A DNA stretch of 64,000 bases from Gemmatimonadales bacterium (GCA_037189525.1 JBBCJC010000002.1:1280001-1344000); one strand, 5' to 3'. Shown: positions 39,751-49,950, numbered from the stretch's first letter. Notes: generated by a model not told the origin, from the letters alone. A program made the numbers and translations.

Positions 39751-42036
39751 TCAGAAGTCCGCCCGCAGCGTGAAGGTCGGAATCGGCGGCAAATCGAAGA
39801 GGCGGCGATAGGGAAGCGAGTTGCCGGCCGGATCGGTGGCGTAGGCGCCCGCGGCCTGGCTCATGAAATCTCCGAACGGTGCCACCGCAGTGCCAAACAG
39901 GTTGATGATGGCGAGGCCGAGTGTAAATCGCCTCCGATTGGCGCCACCGAAGCTGTACTGGGTCCCGATATCGAAGCGGAAGGTTCCGCTGGTGGCCGCG
40001 CTATGTTCGGTGCCGTAGACGGGAGGCGTGGCGGCCCGCCCGCTGGCAGTCGTGCCCGGCGGGATGTCGGGTACGCCGGGCACGGGCAGCGTGTAGGCAA
40101 TCGGAGTGACCGGCAGTCCGGATGCGAGGTCGAACGCGCCCGACCAGGCCCACCCGCCGGTCCGAACCTGGGTAAAGGCGCGCAGATGATGGCGCCGATC
40201 CAGTGCCCAGGGCACCCAGTCGTCGTTCCAGCGACGCTCTGATCGCGACAGGACATAGCTTATCGACGCCGACTGCAGCGCACCGTCACTGTTGCGGATC
40301 GCAAGCTGCGCTTCCAGGCCGCTGGTTCGCGATTGCCCGAAACGGAAGAGCGCCTGCGATGTCGGACGCTGTGCGTGGCTCGGTCTCAACTCGCCGAGTC
40401 CATTGCCGGACGATCGATACAGAGACAGCCGAGCCACGACCGGTGAGAGATCGAGGCGCAGGTCAACGCTGCCGTGATCGACCACCGCCGCTGGAATCGA
40501 GTCGCCGCTGCTGAGCCAGAAGTCGAGGAAGTCGAACTCGGGTTCCGAGCGGGACTCGGAGAGCACGTGATAGAGCCGGCTGGTCCGTCCCACCGCCGCG
40601 CTCAACTCGACACGCGGCGCGGCAGCCCAGCGCGCATGGATACGCGGCTGGGTCGTCCGCTGTCCCGCTGCGGCATCGATGCGCACCGCGCCTTCGATCG
40701 TTATGGGTCCCAGCTGCCGGGCGAGATTCAGATAGGTGCCGAATTCCCACCGCTCAGCCGCAAGGTCGGCAGCGGGAAACTCGAACGGAGGTCGTTCCAT
40801 GCCGTCGGGAATCTCTACGGATTCGACGATCCGGTTGGTCACCGAACGCCATCCCAGGCTGAGGCCGAGCCCCAGTCGCGATATTGCGGAGGTGGCGACG
40901 AGATCGAGGCCGGCCGCCGAGCGGCTGAATTGGTTCCGAATGTCGGTGTTCGCGATACTGTAGAGTCCTGGAACATCCTCTCCACGTTGTGTGAAACGGG
41001 AAACCGAGGCGGACGCCTCGAGGCTCGCGGCCCCTTGGTCGAGGATCCGCCACCGGCCCCCCGTCATGAGATTGTCCCAATGCAGATAACTCCGCTGATC
41101 GATCTTGCCGGCCCGGTCTTGCGTAGCAAATACAGTGATCCGTCCGCGAGGGCGTTCCGGCGTGCCGAAGACGGCGCCGGCGTAGAGGTCTTCGAAGTGG
41201 TAGGGTACCTCGAGGTTGGGCACCAGATCGAGAGCCTTCCAGTAGAACATCCGGGTGTTGGCGAAGTATCGGATCCCGGGTCCGCCGCCGCCGGCGTACG
41301 CGCTGAGTGATCCATAGCTCCATCCCGCGCCGGCGTGCAGGCGATCCAGCTGTCCGGTTCGTCCGCTGATGTCGATGATCCCGGCAATGGAGCCGCCGTG
41401 GTTGGCCGGATAAGGCGCCGTCGAGACGGTGATCTGCTCCGCCGCGTCGGCGGGGAACGATGAAAAGACTCGACCCAGGTGGTAGAGATTGAGGATCTCG
41501 AATCCGTCGATCCGCGTGGTCACGTCCTGGGCGTCGTAACCTCGCATCGACGGGCGAGCGGACAGCGGGCTCGAGAACGTGACGGCCGGTACGAAGGCCA
41601 GGGCACGAAAGACATCGGTTTCGACGGCCGGAGGAATCGCGCGGGCATGGGCCAGCGGCATGGTCCACTGGCCGTGCTCCGCGAGGTCGAGCCGGCGGGA
41701 GGGCGCGGCGACAGCCAGGAGATCGGCCATGATCAGGACCGCCCGTGACAACCGGATGGTGAGCGCTTCGCTCGGCACTAAACCGATCGGCATCGTGTCG
41801 GGTTGCCATCCGATGGCGCTGACGACGAGGGTGTCGGGCAGGATCGACATCGTCAGTGTAAATCGCCCGAGCCGGTCACTGGCCGTCGCCTGCCTGCTGC
41901 GCATCGTCGTGAGCGTTGCGCCTGCGATCGGGGTGGCGCCCTCGACGGCCACGATCGTACCGCTGAGGGTCTGTGCCCCAAGATTCACCGGCGGCAGCAC
42001 ACCGGCAAGCAGAGTTGCGAGCAGGAGCCGGCTCAT
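39751..42036 (-). CDS. TonB-dependent receptor
   Basis: Carboxypeptidase-like N-domain, plug (DVFRAL..P.V, RG, IDG), barrel ending in F. Confidence 0.85.
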   Translation of the reverse strand: MSRLLLATLLAGVLPPVNLGAQTLSGTIVAVEGATPIAGATLTTMRSRQATASDRLGRFTLTMSILPDTLVVSAIGWQPDTMPIGLVPSEALTIRLSRAVLIMADLLAVAAPSRRLDLAEHGQWTMPLAHARAIPPAVETDVFRALAFVPAVTFSSPLSARPSMRGYDAQDVTTRIDGFEILNLYHLGRVFSSFPADAAEQITVSTAPYPANHGGSIAGIIDISGRTGQLDRLHAGAGWSYGSLSAYAGGGGPGIRYFANTRMFYWKALDLVPNLEVPYHFEDLYAGAVFGTPERPRGRITVFATQDRAGKIDQRSYLHWDNLMTGGRWRILDQGAASLEASASVSRFTQRGEDVPGLYSIANTDIRNQFSRSAAGLDLVATSAISRLGLGLSLGWRSVTNRIVESVEIPDGMERPPFEFPAADLAAERWEFGTYLNLARQLGPITIEGAVRIDAAAGQRTTQPRIHARWAAAPRVELSAAVGRTSRLYHVLSESRSEPEFDFLDFWLSSGDSIPAAVVDHGSVDLRLDLSPVVARLSLYRSSGNGLGELRPSHAQRPTSQALFRFGQSRTSGLEAQLAIRNSDGALQSASISYVLSRSERRWNDDWVPWALDRRHHLRAFTQVRTGGWAWSGAFDLASGLPVTPIAYTLPVPGVPDIPPGTTASGRAATPPVYGTEHSAATSGTFRFDIGTQYSFGGANRRRFTLGLAIINLFGTAVAPFGDFMSQAAGAYATDPAGNSLPYRRLFDLPPIPTFTLRADF

Positions 42037-42752
42037 CGGGTCACCAGGCTGCGCTCAACCGCGATCGCCGCGCCGACGACCCCGAATCCGCCGAAGACGT
42101 TGCTGGCCGGCGCGGGCATCCGATAGAGGTACTCGTCCAGGTCGCGATTGACCGCGACGATGCGGAGCTGCCGGATCGGGGTGCCAGCCCGCCGGCGGGC
42201 AACGATCATCTGTCCGATCGGGGCGCGGGTTGCCGGTTGCCCGGGCGGAAACCAGGCCGAGTCGACCACGAAGGCCGTGGCGCCGAAGGCGTGCCAGCGG
42301 TAGTCGATGGCGGTGGTCAGAGCGTCCCCGATGGGCGCAGCGAGGATGATGCTGTCGCCGGCGGGGGCGTCGATGATGAACTGCTCCGGCACCGTGGTGG
42401 AGGCGTGGATTGCGGCGTCCCCGATTCGCCCCGCGAGCCGATACCGATGGCCGGCGAGAATCGGGAGGGTCGCGACAAAGAGGGTGTCGTTGTGTGGCGC
42501 CAGGCGGCTCGACTGTCCGGTTGTTTCGTTCGCCAAGGTCAGGTCGACGGCCGTTGCAGGGGCCGGGATGTTCGTGCCCGGCAACTGGCGATCAAGCCAG
42601 CCGACTCGCACCGTGGTGGTGGCGAACCCCGCGATCAGGGCCGCTTCCACAAACGGGATCCGGGCCGGCTCGGCCGGCGGGTCCACGATGTGGCCGCAGG
42701 CGGTGATGCCAGCCATGACGATTGGAACGAGCTGCCTGAGCGGTGTCGCCAT
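42033..42752 (-). CDS. DUF4249-like lipoprotein partner of the receptor
   Basis: ITAC lipobox, SNVFGGFGVVGA C-terminal motif, coupled to the receptor gene. Confidence 0.7.
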   Translation of the reverse strand: MATPLRQLVPIVMAGITACGHIVDPPAEPARIPFVEAALIAGFATTTVRVGWLDRQLPGTNIPAPATAVDLTLANETTGQSSRLAPHNDTLFVATLPILAGHRYRLAGRIGDAAIHASTTVPEQFIIDAPAGDSIILAAPIGDALTTAIDYRWHAFGATAFVVDSAWFPPGQPATRAPIGQMIVARRRAGTPIRQLRIVAVNRDLDEYLYRMPAPASNVFGGFGVVGAAIAVERSLVTR

Positions 42753-42868
42753 ATGCCCCGTCGGGGTCCGGATATGACGAACTTACCGGCCGGTCTCAAC
42801 CGATCGTCAAACGGTGCGGGGCATCCGCGGCGGCTCCGGATTCGGCGCCGGCGCCGCCGCGGGATGGG

Positions 42869-43360
42869 TCAGGCTGGCTGGAGAGGGCGTGAACTTAGGC
42901 GTCCGCCCCGGACCGTGGCGCCGATGACGATCGCGGTGCTGATCAGGACCAGGTTCTTGATGATGTACTGGCCTTCCAGGGTCGGCGCAAAGGGTGTCAC
43001 GGTAAACATTTCGCCGGGAAACAGCACCAGGGGCACGAAGGTGCCGATCATCTGAAGGCAGAGCAGCAGCAAGGTGATGCGCAGAAAGCGACCGGTCAGG
43101 AGGCCAACGCCGATCAGGACTTCCCAGGCGGCCAGGATGGGCAGCCCCAGCCCCGGCTGTACCAGGCCGAAGCTGATCGTCGCAATGGTCCGGGTCGACA
43201 GGTCTTCGGCGGGACTCCATCCGGGGATGAATTTGATTGCGCCGAACCAGAGAAACACCAACCCGAGCGAGATACGCGCGAGGCTGACGCCGTGACGGGC
43301 CATCCATGCGGTGATGGAAGCGTCGATCGAGTCGATCGGAGGCGGAACGGGGTTCGTCAT
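42869..43360 (-). CDS. DoxX/DUF417-like membrane protein
   Basis: RISLGLVFLWFGAIKF, EGQYIIKNLVL. Confidence 0.8.
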   Translation of the reverse strand: MTNPVPPPIDSIDASITAWMARHGVSLARISLGLVFLWFGAIKFIPGWSPAEDLSTRTIATISFGLVQPGLGLPILAAWEVLIGVGLLTGRFLRITLLLLCLQMIGTFVPLVLFPGEMFTVTPFAPTLEGQYIIKNLVLISTAIVIGATVRGGRLSSRPLQPA

Positions 43361-43487
43361 AGTGTTCGGAAATTCGCACGAGAGCCGAGCCTGCACCAGC
43401 CCGGACCGCGGGTGCATCTGCCGTCCTGATCGGGTACATTTCCAGGCTGTTCATCCTCCTTGTTACTCGTTGCCCCGAGGGTCCTCC

Positions 43488-44933
43488 ATGATGATCCGTG
43501 CTGCGACCGGAACCGCCCTGCTGCTCGTCGTTGCGTCTTCACCGCTGATTGCGCAGCGAGCGTCCTCATTCCATGCGGACTTACGGCAGTATGTCGCGGT
43601 CGATGCTCCGGTCATTGCCCTTACCAATGCCACGCTGATCGACGGCACGGGCGCGGCGCCGCGGTCGGGGCAGACGATCATCATTTCCGGCAACCGGATT
43701 CAGGCGGTCGGGCCGAGCGGATCGGTGACCGTGCCGGCGGGGGCGCGTGTGGTGGATGCCGCGGGGCACACGGTGATTCCCGGCCTCATGGGCATGCACG
43801 ATCACATGTTCTACACCACCCAGGCCGGGATGGTGCAATCGCCGTATTCGTTTCCCCGGCTCTATCTGGGCACCGGAGTCACGACGGTTCGGACGACTGG
43901 CAGCTTTGCACCCTACGCGGAACTCAATCTCAAGAACAACATCGAGCGGAACCAGATGCCCGGCCCGCGGATGCATATCACCGGTCCGTATCTGATTTCG
44001 CAGGGCAACGATCTCCGGCTCGATCAGATGGGGATGCACAAGCTGGAAACCGAAGCCGCGGCACGGCGGGTGGTCCGGCATTGGGCCGAAGAGGGTGCGG
44101 AGTGGATCAAGGGATATACCCAGCTTTCGCGCGAGATCTTCCGCGCGGTGATCGATGAGGCGCACAAGAACGGCATGAAGGTGACCGGACACCTCTGTTC
44201 CATCAGCTTCACCGAAGCCGTCGAGCTCGGCATCGACAACATCGAGCACGGGTTCCGCACCAATTCGGACTACGATACCGCCAAGAAGCCGGATGAGTGT
44301 CCCCCGAGCCACTTCGAGACGCTGGGCCAGCTCGACATGAAGGATCCGCGCATCGGGCGGACCTTCAAGACCATGATCGACAACAACGTGCCGATGACGA
44401 CCACGTCGGTCAACGAACAGCTGGCGCCCAATCGCCCGGGGCCGGATGCGCGTGTCCTGGCGGTGATGGCGCCGTGGATTGCCGAGCAGGAACTCGACCG
44501 CCGGAAGCGTCTGGATGCGTCGGTGCCCGGTGGCGAGATCTATCCGAAGATGCGGGAGATCTACCCGCGGTCGTTGGCATATGAGTTGGCGTTCGTACGG
44601 GCAGGTGGTGTGCTGGCCGCCGGCGTCGATCCGGCGTTCGGCGCGGTGGCGGGATACGGCAACCTGCGGGTGCTGGAGTTGCTTCTCGAGGCTGGGTTCA
44701 CCACGCCAGAGGCCGTCAAGGTGCTGACCTCGAATGGAGCGGTCGTGCTTGGTGTGCAGAAGGATATCGGGACGGTCGAGCCTGGCAAGCTGGCCGACCT
44801 GATTCTCCTGCGCGGCAACTTGGCCAACGATCCGAAGGTCATCTATGAAACGGTCACCGTCTTCAAGGACGGCATCGGCTACGACTCCGCGAAGCTGATC
44901 GCGGATGTGAAGGGGCAGGTCGGCATCCGCTAG
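43488..44933 (+). CDS. secreted amidohydrolase (paralog 2)
   Basis: PGLMGMHDH, GVTTVRT, GTVEPGKLADL; colinear with 15993-17429. Confidence 0.9.
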   Translation: MMIRAATGTALLLVVASSPLIAQRASSFHADLRQYVAVDAPVIALTNATLIDGTGAAPRSGQTIIISGNRIQAVGPSGSVTVPAGARVVDAAGHTVIPGLMGMHDHMFYTTQAGMVQSPYSFPRLYLGTGVTTVRTTGSFAPYAELNLKNNIERNQMPGPRMHITGPYLISQGNDLRLDQMGMHKLETEAAARRVVRHWAEEGAEWIKGYTQLSREIFRAVIDEAHKNGMKVTGHLCSISFTEAVELGIDNIEHGFRTNSDYDTAKKPDECPPSHFETLGQLDMKDPRIGRTFKTMIDNNVPMTTTSVNEQLAPNRPGPDARVLAVMAPWIAEQELDRRKRLDASVPGGEIYPKMREIYPRSLAYELAFVRAGGVLAAGVDPAFGAVAGYGNLRVLELLLEAGFTTPEAVKVLTSNGAVVLGVQKDIGTVEPGKLADLILLRGNLANDPKVIYETVTVFKDGIGYDSAKLIADVKGQVGIR

Positions 44934-44978
44934 GTCCGCTCGAGGCGCGTCCGGTCGGCAGCGGCCGGGCGCACCTGA

Positions 44979-45392
44979 TCACACCGATGGGTTCTTCCGA
45001 AACCAGTCGACGATTCCCGGCATGTTGGCTTCGAAGCCGCCCGGGATGAACACGTTCAGGACGCCGGCGCGCCGGTCGGTCCGGTTCTCGAAATCGTGGA
45101 CGACCGTGGCGGGGATGCGCAGAAACGTTCCGGCCGGCGCGTTGACATAGCGATCCCCTGCTCGGAAGGTCATCGTTCCTTCGATCACATAGAACAACTC
45201 CTCATTGGCCTCATGCGCATGCGGTCCCGGACCGGGTTTGCCGGGCTCGACCCACCAGATCGACGCCGAGTAGCGATTGCCCGTTTCATCGCCGTCGGCG
45301 AGGAAGAGGGCGTGCATGGGTCCGCAGTCGTAGTGCCGGCCTTCTCCGGGGGGCAGGATGATCACGGCCTCCGGCAAACGGGTGGGGTCCAT
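44979..45392 (-). CDS. cupin domain protein
   Basis: PHAHEANEELFYVIEG, IPATVVHDF. Confidence 0.88.
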   Translation of the reverse strand: MDPTRLPEAVIILPPGEGRHYDCGPMHALFLADGDETGNRYSASIWWVEPGKPGPGPHAHEANEELFYVIEGTMTFRAGDRYVNAPAGTFLRIPATVVHDFENRTDRRAGVLNVFIPGGFEANMPGIVDWFRKNPSV

Positions 45393-45532
45393 CGTGCCTC
45401 CGGTCGAATGGCTGGGTTTCCCAATCTATCGGCTGGGCTTGCCCGGGGCGATGTCCGGTTTTCTCCAGGTTCTCCGCGTTATCGGATGGCGACCGAAATC
45501 GAACGGTCGAATGTCGAACCTGTGAGGAGAAT

Positions 45533-46048
45533 ATGATGCCCATCCGTCGTGCCGCCGGCTGCTTTGCTACCATCCTGTTTGCGTCGACTCTGGCCGCCTG
45601 CAACGGCGCGGGGGACTTGATTGGTCCGGAACCGTGGCAGCCGGGACAGCCCACCGATGGGCGCCAGTTCCACGGCATCTATCGCCTGGTGTCGATCAAC
45701 GGGAATGCGCTGTCCACGCCGTACGTCCAACATCATCTGGGGAACGGAACCTTCGGCAAGCAGTTCGTCACCGATGGCCGGCTGGAGCTTCGCAGTGATG
45801 GGACGTACACCCTGTTTCTCAACAAGGCGCTCCAGATCGGGAACGGCCCGCTGGTGATGGGGCCGCTCAATCGGACGGGCAACTGGATGTACCAGCCGGG
45901 GCAGGCAGGGGATATGAGTGGTCCGATTCGGCTCGACTACACCGGCGGGCACGACCTGGTCGATGCAACGCCGTACACGGTGACGGATCTGCGCCACCTC
46001 GATCCCTTCAGTGACGGATCCGAGCGGCTGGTCTACTCGAAGGAGTGA
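45533..46048 (+). CDS. hypothetical lipoprotein (lipocalin-like beta protein)
   Basis: LAAC lipobox, GIYRLVSING, L.SDGTY. Confidence 0.65.
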   Translation: MMPIRRAAGCFATILFASTLAACNGAGDLIGPEPWQPGQPTDGRQFHGIYRLVSINGNALSTPYVQHHLGNGTFGKQFVTDGRLELRSDGTYTLFLNKALQIGNGPLVMGPLNRTGNWMYQPGQAGDMSGPIRLDYTGGHDLVDATPYTVTDLRHLDPFSDGSERLVYSKE

Positions 46049-46053
46049 TGCGA

Positions 46054-46088
46054 CAGATGGCCCGCTCCCGATCGGAGCAGGCCACCTG
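46054..46088. terminator. hairpin between convergent genes
   Basis: CAGATGGCCCGCTCC / GGAGCAGGCCACCTG imperfect inverted repeat. Confidence 0.55.
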
Positions 46089-46096
46089 CTGCGGAG

Positions 46097-47284
46097 CTAC
46101 TGCAGTTTCTTGAGGGCGTCGGCGGCTCTCGTGTTGCCAGGATTGAGTTCCAACGATCGGCGGTAGTAACCGATGGCTTTCGCCTTGTCCCCCTTGGCGG
46201 CCCAGATGGCGCCCAGACGATCGTGGCTTCGCGGGCTGTTCGGATAGAGCCGGGTACCGATCTCGAAGAAGCCGATGGCTTTGGTCGTATCCTGTGAGAG
46301 GGCGATCTGTCCCAGCTGGTTGATGATCGCTTCCGATGGCGTGAACGGCGCGCCGAGCTTGGCCGAAATGGTCTCGTAGTGGGCGGTCAGCAGCGCGGGC
46401 GAGCCGAGCAGGCGTCCCAGGTCGAGCCGGTAGCCGTCGAAAATGAAGCGCAGCGCGTCGTAGGTGGTAATCAGCGGGACCGAGCCGTGGTCGTCGTCAT
46501 CGTAGTACTTGTAGCCGAACCGGAGCCCCGACTTGTTGTACGTCTGGGCCAGGCTGTTGAAGCGCACCATCGCATTGAAGTGCGGATTGGCAGTCGAGTC
46601 GTCCGGGTTGATCGTGTTGGCCTGGCCGAGATACAGCACCTTGTTGCGATAGTCGGCGTTCGACAGCCGCTCCTTGGTGGTTTTGAGCAGGACGGCATTG
46701 TCCCACCAGAGGCTCGGGTCGATCGCGACGTAGGCGTTGAACGTCTCCGGAATGGTAAAGAGCGCGTTGATGGTCGTGATGCCGCCCAGGGAATGCCCGA
46801 CGAAGATCCGATACGGTGTCGTTCGATACTTGGTGTCGGTGTCCGGGATCAGTTCGTTCTTGATGAACGACAGGAAGTTGGCCATGCCGCCACTGGTGCG
46901 GAACGCCTCGGTCGGTTTGCCGTCGAATCCGACGGTGACCTTGGTCGGCGTCATGTCACGGGTGCGATTCGTATTGGGAATCGCGACCACGATCATCTCG
47001 GGAACCGCGTAGGTCCCGTTGACGCCGGTGCCGAGAATCTGGGCCAGGCCGGTAACGGAGTGGAAATGGGCGTCGCCGTCGAGCAGGTACAGGACCGGAT
47101 ACCGTTGCGGGGCGAAGGTCGTATCGCTGTACGATGGCGGTGTATAGACCAGGAAACGCCGGGTCTCTCCGAGCGTCTGGGATCGGAGTGAGTCGCGCAC
47201 GCCGATCGTCAGCGGGTAGCGGCCTTGGGCCGTTGCGGTGCTGGAACAGATCAGCGCAGCCAGAACGAGCAGCAGGTATCGCAT
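46097..47284 (-). CDS. secreted alpha/beta hydrolase (IroE/Fes-like) with C-terminal TPR
   Basis: YPVLYLLDG, GHSLGG, DPSLWW, DHGSVP, TPR tail. Confidence 0.88.
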   Translation of the reverse strand: MRYLLLVLAALICSSTATAQGRYPLTIGVRDSLRSQTLGETRRFLVYTPPSYSDTTFAPQRYPVLYLLDGDAHFHSVTGLAQILGTGVNGTYAVPEMIVVAIPNTNRTRDMTPTKVTVGFDGKPTEAFRTSGGMANFLSFIKNELIPDTDTKYRTTPYRIFVGHSLGGITTINALFTIPETFNAYVAIDPSLWWDNAVLLKTTKERLSNADYRNKVLYLGQANTINPDDSTANPHFNAMVRFNSLAQTYNKSGLRFGYKYYDDDDHGSVPLITTYDALRFIFDGYRLDLGRLLGSPALLTAHYETISAKLGAPFTPSEAIINQLGQIALSQDTTKAIGFFEIGTRLYPNSPRSHDRLGAIWAAKGDKAKAIGYYRRSLELNPGNTRAADALKKLQ

Positions 47285-47395
47285 CGAATGTGTCGTGGGA
47301 GAGTGGACCTTCAAGTTATCACGCTGATTCACTCGTCGGCAGAGGCCGGTTACCTTCGAGGTATCGTAAGGGTAACCTCAACCGGGATTCGTGCC

Positions 47396-47680
47396 ATGGC
47401 TCGTCGGAAGACTACCTCCAAAGTTCGCACCACCGCCAAGGCTCGTCCGCGTCGTAAGGCGGCGCGTGACCTTGAGCGCACCTACACGCGGTCGCAGTTC
47501 ATCGCGAAGCTGCGTCGCTTTGCCGATGCGCTCGAAGAGCGCAAGCCGTTCGCGATCCAGATTGCCGGCGAACGTCTGCACATCCCGGCCAAAGCGCTCT
47601 TCAATATCGAGCATGAGCGGGCCGGCGGGCAGGACGAACTCGAGTTTCAGCTTCGCTGGGAAACGCCGCGGGTCAAGTAG
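47396..47680 (+). CDS. amphi-Trp domain protein
   Basis: KLRRFADALE..IQIAGERL..IEHE..ELEFQLRW. Confidence 0.8.
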   Translation: MARRKTTSKVRTTAKARPRRKAARDLERTYTRSQFIAKLRRFADALEERKPFAIQIAGERLHIPAKALFNIEHERAGGQDELEFQLRWETPRVK

Positions 47681-47727
47681 CTCCTCCACGAACGGAAGCC
47701 GATCGCCAACCCTGACGCCGAACGTCG

Positions 47728-48945
47728 ATGTCCACGACCACCGACGCAGGCAGCCCCGTCCGGCCGGGTTGGCGCGCCGTACCCGGGAACGTCTGGGCGC
47801 TCGGGTTTGTCTCGATGCTGATGGACATCTCCTCGGAAGCGATTCACGCCCTCCTTCCGATCTACATGGTCACCGTACTCGGCACATCGGTGCTGGCCGT
47901 AGGCCTGATCGAGGGGATTGCCGAGGCCACCGCCTCGGTGGTCAAGGTGTTTTCGGGGGCGCTCAGCGATCGGCTGGGTAAGCGGAAGCTCCTGGCCGGC
48001 CTGGGCTATGGCTTGAGCGCGTTGACCAAACCGGTCTTTCCGCTGGCCGGAACGTTAGGCTGGCTGGTCGGGGCGCGGTTCATCGATCGGGTAGGGAAGG
48101 GCATTCGGGGGGCGCCCAGGGATGCGTTGATTGCGGATGTCACGCCGCCCGACCTGCGGGGCGCGGCATACGGGCTGCGACAGACGCTCGATACCATCGG
48201 CGCCTTCGTGGGCTCGCTCCTGGCCATCGGGCTGATGTGGCTCTTTGCGAACCGTTTCCAGGCCGTGTTCTGGGTGGCCACGATCCCCGCGTTTCTCGCG
48301 ATAGCGGTGCTGTTGGTCTTCGTTCGCGAGCCTGACCATTCGTCGGTTTCCCGTCCTCGAGCCGTGCTGAATCGCGAAGCCCTGGTGCATTTGGGGGGCG
48401 ACTACTGGTGGATCGTCGGGGTCGGGGTCGTCTTCACTCTGGCTCGCTTCAGCGAGGCATTCCTGCTCCTGCGCGCCGTCGATGCGGGGTTGTCACCGAT
48501 GTGGGCCCCGGCGGTGCTGGTCGTGATGGGTGTCGCGTTCTCGCTGTCGGCTTACCCAGCTGGCGCCTTGTCGGATCGGGTCAGCCGGGTCACCGTACTC
48601 GCCATCGGTATGGGGTGCTTGGCGGCTGCGGATCTCGTGCTGGCGTTTGCGCCGGGGCTGGGTGGCCTGGCGCTGGGTGTGGTGCTCTGGGGCGTTCACA
48701 TGGGCTTTACCCAGGGAGTGCTTGGTGCGCTGATCGCGGATAGCGCACCTGCAGACCGGCGCGGCACGGCTTTTGGCGTCTTCCATCTGCTTACCGGCTT
48801 GGCGCTGCTGCTTGCCAGTGTGATTGCCGGCATGCTCTGGGACTGGATCGGATATCGGGGGACCTTCGTGAGCGGTGCCGGCCTGGCGATGCTGACGGTG
48901 GTCGGACTGGTCATGTTCCGATATCGTACCTCCCGATTGGCCTGA
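47728..48945 (+). CDS. MFS transporter
   Basis: GALSDRLGKRK, DRVGKGIRGAPRDALIAD. Confidence 0.93.
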   Translation: MSTTTDAGSPVRPGWRAVPGNVWALGFVSMLMDISSEAIHALLPIYMVTVLGTSVLAVGLIEGIAEATASVVKVFSGALSDRLGKRKLLAGLGYGLSALTKPVFPLAGTLGWLVGARFIDRVGKGIRGAPRDALIADVTPPDLRGAAYGLRQTLDTIGAFVGSLLAIGLMWLFANRFQAVFWVATIPAFLAIAVLLVFVREPDHSSVSRPRAVLNREALVHLGGDYWWIVGVGVVFTLARFSEAFLLLRAVDAGLSPMWAPAVLVVMGVAFSLSAYPAGALSDRVSRVTVLAIGMGCLAAADLVLAFAPGLGGLALGVVLWGVHMGFTQGVLGALIADSAPADRRGTAFGVFHLLTGLALLLASVIAGMLWDWIGYRGTFVSGAGLAMLTVVGLVMFRYRTSRLA

Positions 48946-49037
48946 CTCGGCCGCGCGGGATCGCTGGGCCGCCGAGCTTGGCAAGCGAGTACTGCGTACC
49001 AGGCGAAGACGCTTCGGTGGGCACGGCGTTTTCGTGG

Positions 49038-49115
49038 AGCAGCGTCGGGCGCGAAGGTGGCGACGAAGCGATCCGGTTCTTTACCGAGCCCAAGAGCGTT
49101 TGCATCAAGCTTCTT
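49038..49115 (+). pseudogene. 3' remnant of an aldehyde dehydrogenase gene
   Basis: Frame from 49038 reads SSVGREGGDEAIRFFTEPKSVCIKL, an ALDH C-terminal signature; no upstream ALDH body. Confidence 0.7.
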
Positions 49116-49127
49116 AGGAGCGCTCGA

Positions 49128-49673
49128 TCATCGCTGGTGCGCTAGATACTCGGTGACCTCGGTCTTGGCTGCTTCGATGAGGTCGGCTGGGGCCGCACCC
49201 ATGACGCGAAGTGCGCGGACGGCCACGCCGAACTCCGCGGCGCAGGCCGCCTGGAGCACATGGGCGCTCAACAACGGGCAACGGACGTCCTGCCTTTGGT
49301 CGTTTTCGACGATGGTGCGCAGCCGTTCCATCAACGCTTGCGCCGACGCTTGTACTCGATAGGCTTTGCCGGGAGACAGGGGGCGGGCCTCGTTCAGGTC
49401 GGCGTCGTGCGGAGCGTTGATGCCTAGGTTCTCTAGGGCGTCGCGGTATTGCTGCGCAATCGCATCCTGAAATCGTTCGGGGTCTGCCTGGATGCGGTGC
49501 AGGGCCTTTCGGGCCGTGCCGTCCGGCAACGCCAGGGCGGACAGTACCACATGCTCTGCCCCGGGTTCCTTCTGGCCATCGGCGTTGGCATAGCGCTCGG
49601 CGGTCAGCAGCAGCGCCTTGATGGTTCCCATATCGCGGATGCGCTGTCGGACGAGTCTGACGAACGTGAACAT
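49128..49673 (-). CDS. Clp N-terminal (repeat) domain-only protein
   Basis: Two ClpN-like repeats (AEHVVLSAL..A.KAL; SAHVLQAA..ALRVMGA), GAAGGAG RBS, no ATPase. Confidence 0.8.
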   Translation of the reverse strand: MFTFVRLVRQRIRDMGTIKALLLTAERYANADGQKEPGAEHVVLSALALPDGTARKALHRIQADPERFQDAIAQQYRDALENLGINAPHDADLNEARPLSPGKAYRVQASAQALMERLRTIVENDQRQDVRCPLLSAHVLQAACAAEFGVAVRALRVMGAAPADLIEAAKTEVTEYLAHQR

Positions 49674-49684
49674 CGATGGCTCCT

Positions 49685-49903
49685 TCAGGGAGTCGTCTTG
49701 GATTGCGGGTTGGCCAGCCGGCGGTGGGCGGCCTGCTTCGACACACCGAGCGCCTCGGCGATCTGGGACCAGGACCAGCCCTGGGCGAGGGCGCGGTCCA
49801 CGGCGTTTCGCTCCAGCTTGTCGGCGAGGATCCGAAGCGCCACGACGGCGGCGAGGGCTTCGGCCGGATCGTCCGGGGATGGGAGAGTCGCTGGATTGAT
49901 CAT
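49685..49903 (-). CDS. small HTH regulator
   Basis: ALAQGWSWSQIAEALGVSKQAAHRR. Confidence 0.85.
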   Translation of the reverse strand: MINPATLPSPDDPAEALAAVVALRILADKLERNAVDRALAQGWSWSQIAEALGVSKQAAHRRLANPQSKTTP

Positions 49904-49904
49904 C

Positions 49905-49950
49905 CGTCAACAATAGTTGACGATCCAAAGAATGTCAACAAAAGTTGACG
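49905..49950 (-). promoter_or_regulatory. two GTCAAC-N4-GTTGAC operators over a sigma-70 promoter
   Basis: CGTCAACAATAGTTGACG (49905-49922) and TGTCAACAAAAGTTGACG (49933-49950); minus strand TTGACA-17-TATTGT. Confidence 0.85.
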
